Assembly: GCA_016177345.1 (NCBI GenBank)
Contig: JACOVM010000072.1
Location: forward strand, 1-38,733
Direction: 5' to 3'
Length of the DNA stretch: 38,733 nucleotides
Origin: Candidatus Woesearchaeota archaeon
Lineage (GTDB): Archaea > Nanobdellota > Nanobdellia > Woesearchaeales > UBA12501
Below are positions 1-9,344 of the stretch, piece after piece; the stretch's first letter is position 1; each line of letters opens with the position of its first letter. A program made the position numbers and the translations under genes. A model generated the notes under the pieces. That model saw nothing but the letters and a program-made list of their open reading frames with translations, made no database searches and was not told the DNA's origin.

Positions 1-342
1 AAGGTTAAAAAATGTTCCACCAACCCTGAAGTCGGTTCCTCGTAATGTTTCAGCATTGACGGGATAAAGTGCATCTGGGCCGACAGTAGCAACCCCTGTT
101 TGGGTATGAACCATGTATGGTCGTACATAGCTGCCATTGTGATCCTTGCCAAATTGACTGTTTGCTCCGAAATGCTCAATCATGTGGTCACTTGTTCTAT
201 TATGTACATCTGCAGGAACATCATTTTTAGCATAAACTGCGCAAAATTCAGTTTCTGTATCGAGAAGTCCTTGCATCTTCGGGTCTTCTCCTCGTACAGG
301 TGATTTTCCAAAATGCAGGTCTATCCTTTTGGTTAAGTCCAT
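1..342 (-). CDS. hypothetical protein, N-terminal 114 codons (partial, runs off the left edge)
   Basis: Absent from the ORF track because it has no stop in the window. Hand translation of the reverse strand from ATG 342..340 gives MDLTKRIDLHFGKSPVRGEDPKMQGLLDTETEFCAVYAKNDVPADVHNRTSDH..., with no in-frame stop down to position 1. The overlapping + ORF 100..303 looks like antisense noise. Confidence 0.45.
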   Translation of the reverse strand, partial: MDLTKRIDLHFGKSPVRGEDPKMQGLLDTETEFCAVYAKNDVPADVHNRTSDHMIEHFGANSQFGKDHNGSYVRPYMVHTQTGVATVGPDALYPVNAETLRGTDFRVGGTFFNL

Positions 343-540
343 GGTATTCCTCAAAAGCGATAGCAACTGAGTTGTATTTAAACCTTTGTCATGGATGGGC
401 TTGAGCCGGGAGGTAAAAGAAGTACGATGCAAGGGTTGGCTAAGCGTTAGCGATGGCTAAGGTTTATAATAAACCCTATTTCAGAATCACTCATTTTAGT
501 AGCTATCCGTAGGTTATAACACATTGTAAAACGGAGCACC

Positions 541-1236
541 ATGGCGCAGATTATTGAGATAGGCACATATCATGATGACCAAGAAGGGCCGAGTAGGCTG
601 GAAAGAACACTTACAGAGCTTACTCCAGACATCGTGATCTGTGAAGGTTTTCAGGGTAAGCTGGATGGCCATGCAAAGTATATAGAAATGCTTACTAAAG
701 CGCTAACGAAAAGCGTCGCTTTAAGGTCAAAGGCTAAAAAGGCAAAGGCGAGAAAATGGCTAGATTATGAGCGTACTGCTTCTTATGAAGGGCGGGTCTC
801 TAAGGGATACTGTGCTTTGGCTGGAAAAAGATTCATCTGGTTTAATGATGCAGGAAAAATGGTTAGTGATGAAGAGCGAGCGTTGAATGTTCAACGAGCT
901 GTTGCTTTCTTTGGTAAGGAAGATCCAGATAGAATAATGAGAGTTATGTCAACACAAGCTCATCGTCTCTATCATGCATTGAACCTCGCGTTTAACTCTT
1001 CAGATCCTTCTCCAGAAATAATTCTTGCTGATCGCGTTCCTAATTATTACAGTAATAGTATGGTTGGGCCACGAGATGAACACATGGCTAATGCGCTAAA
1101 ATTAATTGTAAACGAAAATCCTGATACTAGGATAGTGGCTGTTGTTGGCTATTTCCATCTTCTTCGAGATCCACGACAGCTCAGTTTCTACCAGCGAACA
1201 AGCGAATTGAATCCGGAACGGCGCTTGATAGCGTAA
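541..1236 (+). CDS. hypothetical protein with a weak TraB/GumN-like signature
   Basis: 231-aa ORF with GGAGC a few nt upstream of the ATG. The C-terminal GPRDEHMANAL...RIVAVVGYFHL resembles the ERDxxM...VVGxGH pattern of TraB/GumN-type proteins. This is pattern recognition only. Confidence 0.6.
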   Translation: MAQIIEIGTYHDDQEGPSRLERTLTELTPDIVICEGFQGKLDGHAKYIEMLTKALTKSVALRSKAKKAKARKWLDYERTASYEGRVSKGYCALAGKRFIWFNDAGKMVSDEERALNVQRAVAFFGKEDPDRIMRVMSTQAHRLYHALNLAFNSSDPSPEIILADRVPNYYSNSMVGPRDEHMANALKLIVNENPDTRIVAVVGYFHLLRDPRQLSFYQRTSELNPERRLIA

Positions 1237-1283
1237 TCTCAACAAAAAGCTTAACAAAAACAATCCAAACGATCCTTAAAACC

Positions 1284-2774
1284 ATGCTTCGCAGAACATT
1301 CCTCAAAGCCGTAGCTGTTCTCCCTTTTGTAGGTTTACCTAGTGTTGGAGAGGCAAAGCCTAAATCTCCTCAACCTGATTCACTTAGGTATGACGTTTCA
1401 TACCTCTGGCATCCTGATCTTGAAGCAGTGTTGGATTATCGCGAGAAGGTAGAAGAACTTCTCGGCCCAGAAGTAGCGCGTGAGCTTCGCATTGTAGTGG
1501 GGCGAAAAAATTATGGCCTCATCTACGATCGCAATGGCTCGCAAGAAAGAGCAGCAGCTACAGCAAAGCATCATTCGAAAATTCTTAAAGCAGCTGACTT
1601 AGAAGCAGCTCTTGAAATGAGGGATGAAGGATATGACTACTTGTATAATGTGAGCTATGGCCTTGGATCAAATCTTGCTCAGTTAAAAAAAGATTTTGCA
1701 ACGGTATCACGAGCGTTTGGCGTGGAGGTTGGAAAGAACTTATTCATCGAAGAGGCTGGCGAGAGCAAGTACATCTTGGTGTATCATCGTTACGGGCGCC
1801 GTGAGTCTGCTGGAGAAACTGCCAAGAAACACGCAGCCATCCTTCGAGAGCATGGCCTTAGTGCTGCCATTACCCCAGAACAAAATAATTCTGCAGTGCA
1901 TGACCTTCGCGGCATGACTAACGACGAGCGAGAAGAGCGAAAGCCAGTACAGCCTGCACCATCTCCTCCTCGGCCATTGCCTGCTCCCCGGCCAACTGGT
2001 GGAAATCTCGAGCGTCTTGTTGAAGAGATTGTTGCGGGCTATCGAAAACGGCATAAAGATGCTGCCGATGAAAGGACTGCATGGTGTGTTTATGATTTCA
2101 CAACAGGACAAAAGCTTGTTTCTATTAATGAAGATGTTCCGATGCAGTGTGCCAGCATGGTCAAGCCGCTGGTGGCGTTAGCTTATTTTCATCAGGTGAA
2201 TGCAGGAAAACTTCATTATGGAAAAGAGGCTCGCCGAAAAATGGAACGTATGATCCAGAAAAGCGACAACGCGGCAACAAACTGGATTATTGCTCAAGCA
2301 GGCGGTGAAAAAAGAGTTGATGGCATTATCGAAGATTATTACCGGCATATTCTTCCGCAGACTGATGTTCGTGAACGCATTCCAGCTGGGGGAGCAACGT
2401 ATCGCAATAAGGCTTCAGCGCATGATTACAGCCGTTTTCTCTACGCGCTCTGGCACAACCAGATTCCTCATGCTGCGGAGATTCGGCGATTGATGGCATT
2501 ACCTGGGAGAGATCGTATCTACAGCGGCGTTCCAGAAATCCCACCAGGAACTGAGGTGTACAATAAAACAGGAAGCACAGCCAGGCTTTGTGGCGACATG
2601 GGGATTTTAGTTGCTGATGGAAAACAGAGGCGAGAGCATCCTTACATCTTGGTTGGAATTATTGAGAAGGCCTCACGAACAAGAAACTATGGTGCATGGA
2701 TTCACGATCGTGGAAACCTTATTCGCCGAGTGTCTGGAGCGGTATACCAAGACATTATGAAAAGGCATAGCTGA
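1284..2774 (+). CDS. secreted serine beta-lactamase/PBP-like hydrolase with two SPOR-like N-terminal repeats
   Basis: N-terminal hydrophobic signal-like segment. The ordered motifs S-x-x-K (SMVK), S-D-N (KSDNAA) and K-T-G (NKTGS) match class A beta-lactamase / DD-peptidase folds. Internal repeat: YGLIYDRNGSQERAAATAKHHSKILKAADL (nt ~1482-1613) versus YILVYHRYGRRESAGETAKKHAAILREHGL (nt ~1737-1874). Confidence 0.8.
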   Translation: MLRRTFLKAVAVLPFVGLPSVGEAKPKSPQPDSLRYDVSYLWHPDLEAVLDYREKVEELLGPEVARELRIVVGRKNYGLIYDRNGSQERAAATAKHHSKILKAADLEAALEMRDEGYDYLYNVSYGLGSNLAQLKKDFATVSRAFGVEVGKNLFIEEAGESKYILVYHRYGRRESAGETAKKHAAILREHGLSAAITPEQNNSAVHDLRGMTNDEREERKPVQPAPSPPRPLPAPRPTGGNLERLVEEIVAGYRKRHKDAADERTAWCVYDFTTGQKLVSINEDVPMQCASMVKPLVALAYFHQVNAGKLHYGKEARRKMERMIQKSDNAATNWIIAQAGGEKRVDGIIEDYYRHILPQTDVRERIPAGGATYRNKASAHDYSRFLYALWHNQIPHAAEIRRLMALPGRDRIYSGVPEIPPGTEVYNKTGSTARLCGDMGILVADGKQRREHPYILVGIIEKASRTRNYGAWIHDRGNLIRRVSGAVYQDIMKRHS

Positions 2775-2862
2775 ATATCTTCTGACTAACAAACCTTTAA
2801 ATACCTCGCGGTAGTTTTCTTCTATTAGTTTCGTGTTTGCCTATGCCTGCTGATCGTATCAT

Positions 2863-3618
2863 ATGGACCTTTCCGAACTTGAGACTCTTGGGCCTGAGGA
2901 GCGCATTAAGCAGATTCAGGAGCTGGAGATTACGAAGAGGACTGAGATTCAAGTTCTCCATCAATTGCTAGCTGAAGCTCTTGCTGAACTGAACATCAAG
3001 CTCGAAAAGCAGAGGCTTCCTATTGACCAGTTGAAATCAGCCCATATTTCTAACCTTGTTTCTGAAGAAGAGCGGGAAATGTTTCGGCTAAAGCAGTTTG
3101 TTGTAAAGGCAAAGCAAACTGGTGAAGAGGGGGTTGCTGATGCTGATACGTCTAATCCTGCCCAGCCAATCCCTGTTGGCTTGTCTCGTGCTGAAGAAAA
3201 ATTGCTGGAACAAACCGTTATGGAAGAACAGCCTTTTCGAAGGCAACGGAGAAAATCATCGACATCTCAATCGTCAGCATCTTTTTCAGAAGAGTATCAA
3301 GCACGTGAAGAAGCAGTGATTCCACAGTATGACAAAACACTGTCTTCTGCTTCAGCATCAGCCTCAAGCTTTTATCAAAGCCAGCAGAGCCAATCTAGCC
3401 ATGTTATGTTTATCCAGGGCATTATTGCTCTTACTGATCTTGATTATCGGCTGGGGAAAGAGGAACGATTGAGTGAAAAAGACCTTTCCGAGTTTTACAA
3501 GATCAAAAAAGACTTTGAAACAGCGCGGCAACAGGAGTTTGTTGGCGTTAATGAGCAACTGCAGTGCCAGATCGATATTGGCGAAAAACTTATAAATAAA
3601 ATCCGCTATAATCTCTAG
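2863..3618 (+). CDS. hypothetical coiled-coil / Ser-Gln-rich protein
   Basis: 251-aa ORF with heptad-like charged N-terminal and C-terminal parts and a low-complexity S/Q-rich middle. Its stop lies 1 nt before the next ATG, suggesting an operon with 3620..5770. Confidence 0.65.
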   Translation: MDLSELETLGPEERIKQIQELEITKRTEIQVLHQLLAEALAELNIKLEKQRLPIDQLKSAHISNLVSEEEREMFRLKQFVVKAKQTGEEGVADADTSNPAQPIPVGLSRAEEKLLEQTVMEEQPFRRQRRKSSTSQSSASFSEEYQAREEAVIPQYDKTLSSASASASSFYQSQQSQSSHVMFIQGIIALTDLDYRLGKEERLSEKDLSEFYKIKKDFETARQQEFVGVNEQLQCQIDIGEKLINKIRYNL

Positions 3619-3619
3619 T

Positions 3620-5770
3620 ATGATCTTTAATGACCGGGAAGGGTATAATTATGGGCATTCTCTCGATCGTGAATATATCGGAAATGCTTCTCCTGAGTTC
3701 GTGAGTGGTTATAACGGTGGCACGACAGACTTGATGCAGCAGCCAATAGGCGAGCCATGGGGGGATAACGCGCTCAAAAAAATGGAAGTCAAGGCAGAGT
3801 TCGGCTCTGGAAAAGAGCCTGGCAGGGCGACACTCACGACTCGCCAAATTGGCCAAACCATTTCTGAAGGCCGCGGGCTTGGAACGTTTATTGAGAGCCT
3901 TCCTGCAGCAATCCGAACTGGCGCGAGCAGCGTCGAGCTTTCACTTAATGCAGGAGAGATGGGCACTGGCCCTGATTTCTACACGAAGGAAAAATTACAG
4001 GAAATCAAGGACATTGCAAAGGCAAACCAAATCGAGCTTGCCTCTGTTCACACGCCTGTTCAAGTTGTTGGAAACATGTCTGGCTTTGACCACCGTTCTG
4101 GATTTAGTGACGAGACACGCCATATTCAAACGAATGAAGTTAAGAAAGCAATCCTGTTTAATGCAGAGACAGCCGAGGGGGGTGCTGTGGTTGTTCATAC
4201 TGGAGAATTTCAGCGAACCATGTTTGACAAGCCATGGGCAAAAGACCAGAAAACTGGGGAATACCTCTTCAAGGCATATGAAGAGGAGCCAGAGAGGTTC
4301 ATTGCTTACATTGTTGACGACAGAACCGGCCAGATCATTAACACGGTAAGGAAGACCCAAGTGGTGTATGAGCCAGTCTATCAAACAGCAAAAGACCTTA
4401 AGATTGTTGGTGAAAAAGACCCATCAGGCCATAGCCTTCATGAAGAGGATTGGGTGGACATTGAGGGGAGGTGGATTGATCCAAAAAATCTTGATCGATT
4501 GTTTGATCGTGTTCCCATCTGGGATCCTGAAAAGACCCAGTTTAAGGTTCAGCAGCTGACATGGGATAATTTTGTCGAGCGCGCCCAACGCTGGAATAAG
4601 CTTCACACAGATGAGATAGCTCGGGATCCAAGCCAAAGAAAGGTTCCTGAAGAAATGTTCATCCAGACCCAATTGGAAAACCGCGAGCTTCAAGCGCGAG
4701 GCTCTTCCTTGTATCACGCAAAATATTATGAGCTGCACAAGGAATCGTACGAAGCATTGAGGGAGGCGCTAAAGCATTATGAAGACTTGGATAAAAGCCT
4801 TCCGGAAGATGAGAAATGGAAGCTGCTTCGCCCCCACCTTCCTGCGCGTATCGGTTCTGATATTGTCCCTCCGAAGATGGTTCCTATCCCGGAGATGATC
4901 AAGCTGGAGCTTCGCCGTTCTCGTGATGAGATGAGGTACACCCATGAGGCCTCTGCTGCTGCTGACGCTCAAGCAGCCCAGACAAGAGAAGACATGAGGC
5001 ATATGGAGGCTGTTGAAAAATATGCGCTTCAGAAGTCAGCAGAATCATACGCCGAAACTGCTCTTTTTGCTTATGATACCACAAAGGCGAGAGGGTTCAA
5101 GCGGCCTATTTTTGTTTCACCAGAGAATATCTTTCCAGAACACGGATATGGCTCTCATCCCGAGGAGCTCCGGGAGCTTGTTGAAGTATCTCGCGAAAAG
5201 ATGGCAGAGCACCTCATGGAAAAAAGGCACATGAGTGAGCACAGGGCTAAAAAAATTGCGGAGCAGCACATTAAGGCAACGCTCGACACTGAGCATATTG
5301 GCATGTGGAAAAAACATTTTCAGCGTCGAGAGGGAGAGGGGGAAGATGCGTTTACTAATCGATTTAATTCCTGGTATCTAGATCAGGTAAAAAAACTGGA
5401 ACGGTCAGGTGTTATTGGCCACCTGCATATCGCTGATGGTTTTGGATATGGTCATGCGAACCTGCCGCCAGGCGCCGGTACCTTTCCTGTTGTTGAAGCA
5501 GTGAATTACCTTAAATCCAAAGGGTATAAAGGGGCTTTCCTGTCAGAAGGTTATGGAGATGCGCCGCGCATTCTCACCCAGGCATGGAAGGCGTTTGGCA
5601 GCCCAATCTATTCTGCTATCGGCCCTATTCGCCCAGCAACGCCGTTGGGCGCAAGATTCAACGATGTACAATATGGATACTTTGGAAGAAATTTCCCTCC
5701 GAACTACATTTTTGGCGCGTATTCTCCATCAAACGAGTGGACCCTGTGGAGCCAGACACCGATGGAATGA
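3620..5770 (+). CDS. xylose-isomerase-like TIM-barrel (sugar phosphate isomerase/epimerase / AP-endonuclease-2 fold) protein with a large internal insertion
   Basis: The N-terminal half-barrel motifs (SSVELSL, ELASVHTP, GGAVVVHTGE) and C-terminal half-barrel motifs (LDTEHIG, IGHLHIADG, GAGTFPVVEAVNYLKSKGYKGAFLSEG) are separated by about 350 aa of charged helical sequence. Confidence 0.7.
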   Translation: MIFNDREGYNYGHSLDREYIGNASPEFVSGYNGGTTDLMQQPIGEPWGDNALKKMEVKAEFGSGKEPGRATLTTRQIGQTISEGRGLGTFIESLPAAIRTGASSVELSLNAGEMGTGPDFYTKEKLQEIKDIAKANQIELASVHTPVQVVGNMSGFDHRSGFSDETRHIQTNEVKKAILFNAETAEGGAVVVHTGEFQRTMFDKPWAKDQKTGEYLFKAYEEEPERFIAYIVDDRTGQIINTVRKTQVVYEPVYQTAKDLKIVGEKDPSGHSLHEEDWVDIEGRWIDPKNLDRLFDRVPIWDPEKTQFKVQQLTWDNFVERAQRWNKLHTDEIARDPSQRKVPEEMFIQTQLENRELQARGSSLYHAKYYELHKESYEALREALKHYEDLDKSLPEDEKWKLLRPHLPARIGSDIVPPKMVPIPEMIKLELRRSRDEMRYTHEASAAADAQAAQTREDMRHMEAVEKYALQKSAESYAETALFAYDTTKARGFKRPIFVSPENIFPEHGYGSHPEELRELVEVSREKMAEHLMEKRHMSEHRAKKIAEQHIKATLDTEHIGMWKKHFQRREGEGEDAFTNRFNSWYLDQVKKLERSGVIGHLHIADGFGYGHANLPPGAGTFPVVEAVNYLKSKGYKGAFLSEGYGDAPRILTQAWKAFGSPIYSAIGPIRPATPLGARFNDVQYGYFGRNFPPNYIFGAYSPSNEWTLWSQTPME

Positions 5771-5971
5771 TGTATCAGCTCTGTTCTGCAGTGTCATAAA
5801 AATCCGCTGAAAGCGCCTACCTTGAGCTGGCTGATATCGCGAAATCAGGGGCGATATCATCTATCGCGGAGAAAAGATGGCTGTTGATGAGGTGAAAGAA
5901 GCACTTGCATTTGCTGAACAGCTCCGCAAAAAATTGTCAGTGGTGTTTTTGAAAGAGTAACTTTTTTGGTG

Positions 5972-7234
5972 TTACATGGTTGGTTTAATCTCTTCAACTT
6001 TTGTTCTATCATCACATTGAGTAACTAAGTGAAATATTTGATCTCCTTCAAGCTTTTGATGATATACTATCGCACAACTAAAAGGACTATTCTCACTATG
6101 AGACAAGAATCCTTCAGGAACAGAAAAGCGATAATGAATCCCATTTAAACCTACACTAAACATTTTTCCTTTAGGATTAACCTTCCTTAATCCAATGTAT
6201 TCTAAGGGTTTGCTTCCCTCAAAAAAATATCTTTGAAAACCGATTCCCTCAGCAACATGAGCGTTTATAAGTCCACCATCATCATGATAAAGAAAGACAG
6301 TCCTTGCTCTAAACTCAACTTCTGCTTCAGAATCGGCATAATGGATACTTGCCACCAATTTTGATTTTCTTCCATTGTCATCAATAAGGCTAATTCCAAC
6401 ATTCCCGTCTCTTCCAATCTTTACTTTATGTCTCCCTTTAATTATCACTAAACGACCCCATTTGTTAAACTCTTCTGGATCTTCTTGCCATCTCCGTATA
6501 AGATTCTGAGTAACTTCTATCCTATATGCCTCATAGTCAAAACTTTCAGACGCCTCATACATTTGACTAGCTTTCTCTAATCTTTTACTTTCTGTATAAT
6601 CAGGAGTTCCAGTTGAGGTAAGAATTAGTCTTTTAGAAAGATCGAAATGATAAACTTCTCCCTCATGGTGGACTGATAAAAAGATAGTCGATGCACACCA
6701 AGTTGGAATTGATGCGTTGGTATTACAATACCTAATTCTTCTTTTTTTATCTATTTCATCAATAAAAACACCAGAGCAATTATCCAAGATTCTCTTCCTT
6801 AATTCACGATAGGTAAAGTACTCTTTTGGGTGAAAAGCTGATGTCCGTACAATCTTTCCATCTGAAGTCCAGTTCACTTGTGCTTCTTTGGCAGTCAATT
6901 CAATTTTAGCATCTAAGAATCGTGGTGCTGGTTTGGGGAGATAGACTGATGTACCAGAGACTCTACCAACACGAACAGAGTATTGCATCAATCCTGATTG
7001 CCTATGGACGTGCCCTCGGATTCGCTGCTGTAGCAACCCTTCCAGTATGATGCCAACCCGTTGAAATTGTTTGTAGTTGGTATTTCTCAGAATATACTCT
7101 AAGGCATCAATAAGTTGGTTCCCGACCATAAGTCCAGTTTGATCAATAACTGCTTCATGGAAATCTGAACAATATCTCTTCATTCCTCTTCTTTTGACTT
7201 CACGCAATATTTTCTTTTCTAATGAAGTGGCCAT
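5972..7234 (-). CDS. hypothetical protein (orphan, in a visibly AT-richer segment)
   Basis: Uninterrupted 420-aa ORF with no recognisable motif. The local composition is clearly more AT-rich than the neighbours. Confidence 0.65.
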   Translation of the reverse strand: MATSLEKKILREVKRRGMKRYCSDFHEAVIDQTGLMVGNQLIDALEYILRNTNYKQFQRVGIILEGLLQQRIRGHVHRQSGLMQYSVRVGRVSGTSVYLPKPAPRFLDAKIELTAKEAQVNWTSDGKIVRTSAFHPKEYFTYRELRKRILDNCSGVFIDEIDKKRRIRYCNTNASIPTWCASTIFLSVHHEGEVYHFDLSKRLILTSTGTPDYTESKRLEKASQMYEASESFDYEAYRIEVTQNLIRRWQEDPEEFNKWGRLVIIKGRHKVKIGRDGNVGISLIDDNGRKSKLVASIHYADSEAEVEFRARTVFLYHDDGGLINAHVAEGIGFQRYFFEGSKPLEYIGLRKVNPKGKMFSVGLNGIHYRFSVPEGFLSHSENSPFSCAIVYHQKLEGDQIFHLVTQCDDRTKVEEIKPTM

Positions 7235-7288
7235 TGTTTATTTCCTCAATGGTCATGTCCACCTTTGGTTGTTTATAAAACTTCCCCG

Positions 7289-8116
7289 TCACTCATTTTC
7301 TTCCACTTTCCTGGCAGTCTCATTTCTGACAGTCTCCTCCAGCTGGCTGATAATATTTTCAAGAACAGCCCAGGCCTGCGGATCGATGGCGATACCATAC
7401 TTCCATGACACTTGTTGGATCGCCAGGAATCGCGCCCGATAGTTGTCGATGATCCAGCCTAATCCATTCCACTGGTTCTGCTTTGCCGACTCATCATGCG
7501 CGTCGATAGTGTCTTGCAATTCAATAAACGCAGCAAGCTTCGTTTGTACTTCATCAAGGGTCCCATATATGACAAGGTAAGGTTGTTTCTTTGCCTCATC
7601 ATCCAGAAAGGTCTCTCCTGATTCAAGAAGGTAGCCATCATCTTGGGTCGTGATGTTCAGGACGACCTGGTCAGCGACTGTTGGATGAACAGGATCAAGA
7701 ACACGGCGAAGCGTCAGCGATTCGCCAGTATTGAGCACGTAAAGATCACCTGTCATCCGATCTTCTATCAAATAATCATTATACAGCATCTTGACAGGCT
7801 GCTTGCAGATCCTCTCCAGATCGCTCTTCAAGAGCTGATACAAGTCAGAAGGTGGCGGAGGTGAAGGTCCATCATGGTGCTCAAGCTCCTCCTCTTCAGG
7901 CTCTTGATACGATCGCACTGCTCTTTCCAATGTTCTTTTCCAATCTAACCTGCCTTTCTTATCTGGCTGCTTTTCATCTTTTTGGAGGGCCTGCTCTATT
8001 GTGGCAGGGGGAGAAGCAGGTAGCGGAGTTTCAGGAGTGGGATCTTGCCTCATGGCAGCATACAGTGCAGCAAGACCGGCTGCCCCCATGCAAAACGCTA
8101 ATTTCTTGTTAGTCAT
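7289..8116 (-). CDS. N-terminally membrane-anchored orphan protein, paralog of 22660..23493
   Basis: The ORF track extends to 8212. I prefer ATG 8116 (MTNKKLAFCMGAAGLAALYAAM, a TM/signal anchor) because a TTTATATA box lies about 25 nt upstream on the minus strand. An E/P/K-rich linker is followed by a C-terminal domain alignable to the 22660..23493 product (LYQLLKSDLERICKQPVKMLYNDY versus LYQVWKNPLERILKADVRLLYDDY). Confidence 0.7.
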   Translation of the reverse strand: MTNKKLAFCMGAAGLAALYAAMRQDPTPETPLPASPPATIEQALQKDEKQPDKKGRLDWKRTLERAVRSYQEPEEEELEHHDGPSPPPPSDLYQLLKSDLERICKQPVKMLYNDYLIEDRMTGDLYVLNTGESLTLRRVLDPVHPTVADQVVLNITTQDDGYLLESGETFLDDEAKKQPYLVIYGTLDEVQTKLAAFIELQDTIDAHDESAKQNQWNGLGWIIDNYRARFLAIQQVSWKYGIAIDPQAWAVLENIISQLEETVRNETARKVEENE

Positions 8117-8138
8117 GAAAAGGAGCAAAAAGGAGGTG

Positions 8139-8147
8139 TATATAAAC
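8139..8147 (-). promoter_or_regulatory. TATA-like box for 7289..8116
   Basis: The minus strand reads TTTATATAC, about 23-30 nt upstream of ATG 8116. It lies in the divergent intergenic region shared with 8193..9035. Confidence 0.4.
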
Positions 8148-8192
8148 CTTGTTCTTGACAGGGCAGAATGAACCGCAATATTAATAACGTTT

Positions 8193-9035
8193 GTGTGGTG
8201 TATGTTTCTCATGCCGACCTATCGCTATCCGCTGCTGTATGGGGACACGAATCTTCAAGATGTCTTTACCTATCTTACCGTCTCATTTGAGGCTCTTTTT
8301 GTGCTGGAAGGAATAAAACCAGGCATCAGAATTTCTGTTCCGGAACATCGCTTATATGATGTTAAAGCATTCTGCCAAGCTCATGGCTTGGTGATGGATG
8401 TGTCAGAGTTTAAGGTTGTAAACTCTATAACTGGGGACAAGCAATTTGCGAATCTTGGGTATCGCATCAGAGCAGATTCTTCAATAAAGGGTGACGTTTT
8501 TGCTTATCTTTCCTTGCATGCTGATTGGGTGAGGGCTGCAAAAGAGGCTGATGCAGGAAATGATCATCGAATGTTTGGCATCGAGCTTGGCTATCCGTCC
8601 TGTTGTGTGTCATTCTACGAACGCCATGCACGGGAGGAAATGAAGAAAGAAAATGATTATATCTTGCCTCTGCTGAGAAACTCGGCATCCTTCTTTTTTG
8701 AAAATAATATTATCCCCCGGTATTTTGACATTGGGGTACTAAGCCATTTTCCCTGTTCTTTCGGCTGCAAGGAATCGAGGGATATGGCGCGGCAGCTTCT
8801 TGCTATTGTTGCCAGGTATTCTGAAGGGCTTGCCTCTTATGTGGCAGGAATTCTAAGAATACCTGTGGTGATGACGGAGCATGATGGGGCCCATCTTCTC
8901 CACCATTCGCAGGCAGATGGGTACACCATGAGTTATGGTGGCGTCCAAAGCACAGTGGCAAATCGCCTTCATTACGATCTTGAGCGGCAAAAATCCATAC
9001 CTTTAAATAATCCAAATCTTATTCTTTTCTCTTAA
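8193..9035 (+). CDS. Cys-motif protein (GYPxCC ... SHFPCSxxC), paralog 1
   Basis: Contains LGYPSCCVSFY and LSHFPCSFGCKES motifs and is alignable over most of its length to 9345..10319. The real start is more likely ATG 8202 or 8211, since AATATTAATAA lies about 25-30 nt upstream of 8211. The motif recalls the archaeal DUF483-type pattern, but that is from memory and unverified. Confidence 0.7.
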   Translation: MWCMFLMPTYRYPLLYGDTNLQDVFTYLTVSFEALFVLEGIKPGIRISVPEHRLYDVKAFCQAHGLVMDVSEFKVVNSITGDKQFANLGYRIRADSSIKGDVFAYLSLHADWVRAAKEADAGNDHRMFGIELGYPSCCVSFYERHAREEMKKENDYILPLLRNSASFFFENNIIPRYFDIGVLSHFPCSFGCKESRDMARQLLAIVARYSEGLASYVAGILRIPVVMTEHDGAHLLHHSQADGYTMSYGGVQSTVANRLHYDLERQKSIPLNNPNLILFS

Positions 9036-9273
9036 CAAATCCAATGACAATATCAATGGTTTTAAAGGATACCAGAGGATATACCAAAGCAGATTTGCTC
9101 TCAGCAATGGGGTATGCGCATATTCAATATAGCTATTATCTTCTCCAGCCCCCAGTGCATTATCTTGGGCTTCAAGGATTACGTTATTTTGAAGATCTAG
9201 CCAATGATCAGAGTTGACAATACCGATTCCAAGATTCACGCGATTCAAGCAATTAATTAGCAAGATAGATTGT

Positions 9274-9330
9274 AAAATAGAATTCATTATAAAATAGAAT
9301 TCAAAAGCAAATAGAAGCAAATAGAATTCA
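9274..9330. repeat. short direct repeats AAATAGAAkyCA upstream of 9345..10319
   Basis: AAAATAGAATTCA occurs at 9274-9286 and 9291-9303, AAATAGAAGCA at 9309-9319, and AAATAGAATTCA at 9319-9330. The cluster ends about 15 nt before the start codon. Confidence 0.55.
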
Positions 9331-9344
9331 AAAAGAGGTGAGGT

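Noticed and set aside
100-303. 67-aa + strand ORF at the left edge.
   Set aside because: The opposite strand is open from ATG 342 to the window edge with a more protein-like translation.
5835-5960. Short open frame ...RGDIIYRGEKMAVDEVKEALAFAEQLRKKLSVVFLKE, resembling the C-terminal helix of HEPN-domain proteins. The adjacent inverted repeat GATATCGC/GCGATATC lies at about 5832-5858.
   Set aside because: It is too short and pattern-level only, so it is not reported as a feature. It could be a pseudogene remnant or chance.
9003-9320. 105-aa minus-strand ORF in the spacer between the two Cys-motif paralogs.
   Set aside because: It has no start context or motif and overlaps the end of 8193..9035. 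The region is more plausibly regulatory, given the repeat cluster at 9274-9330. It is left unannotated.
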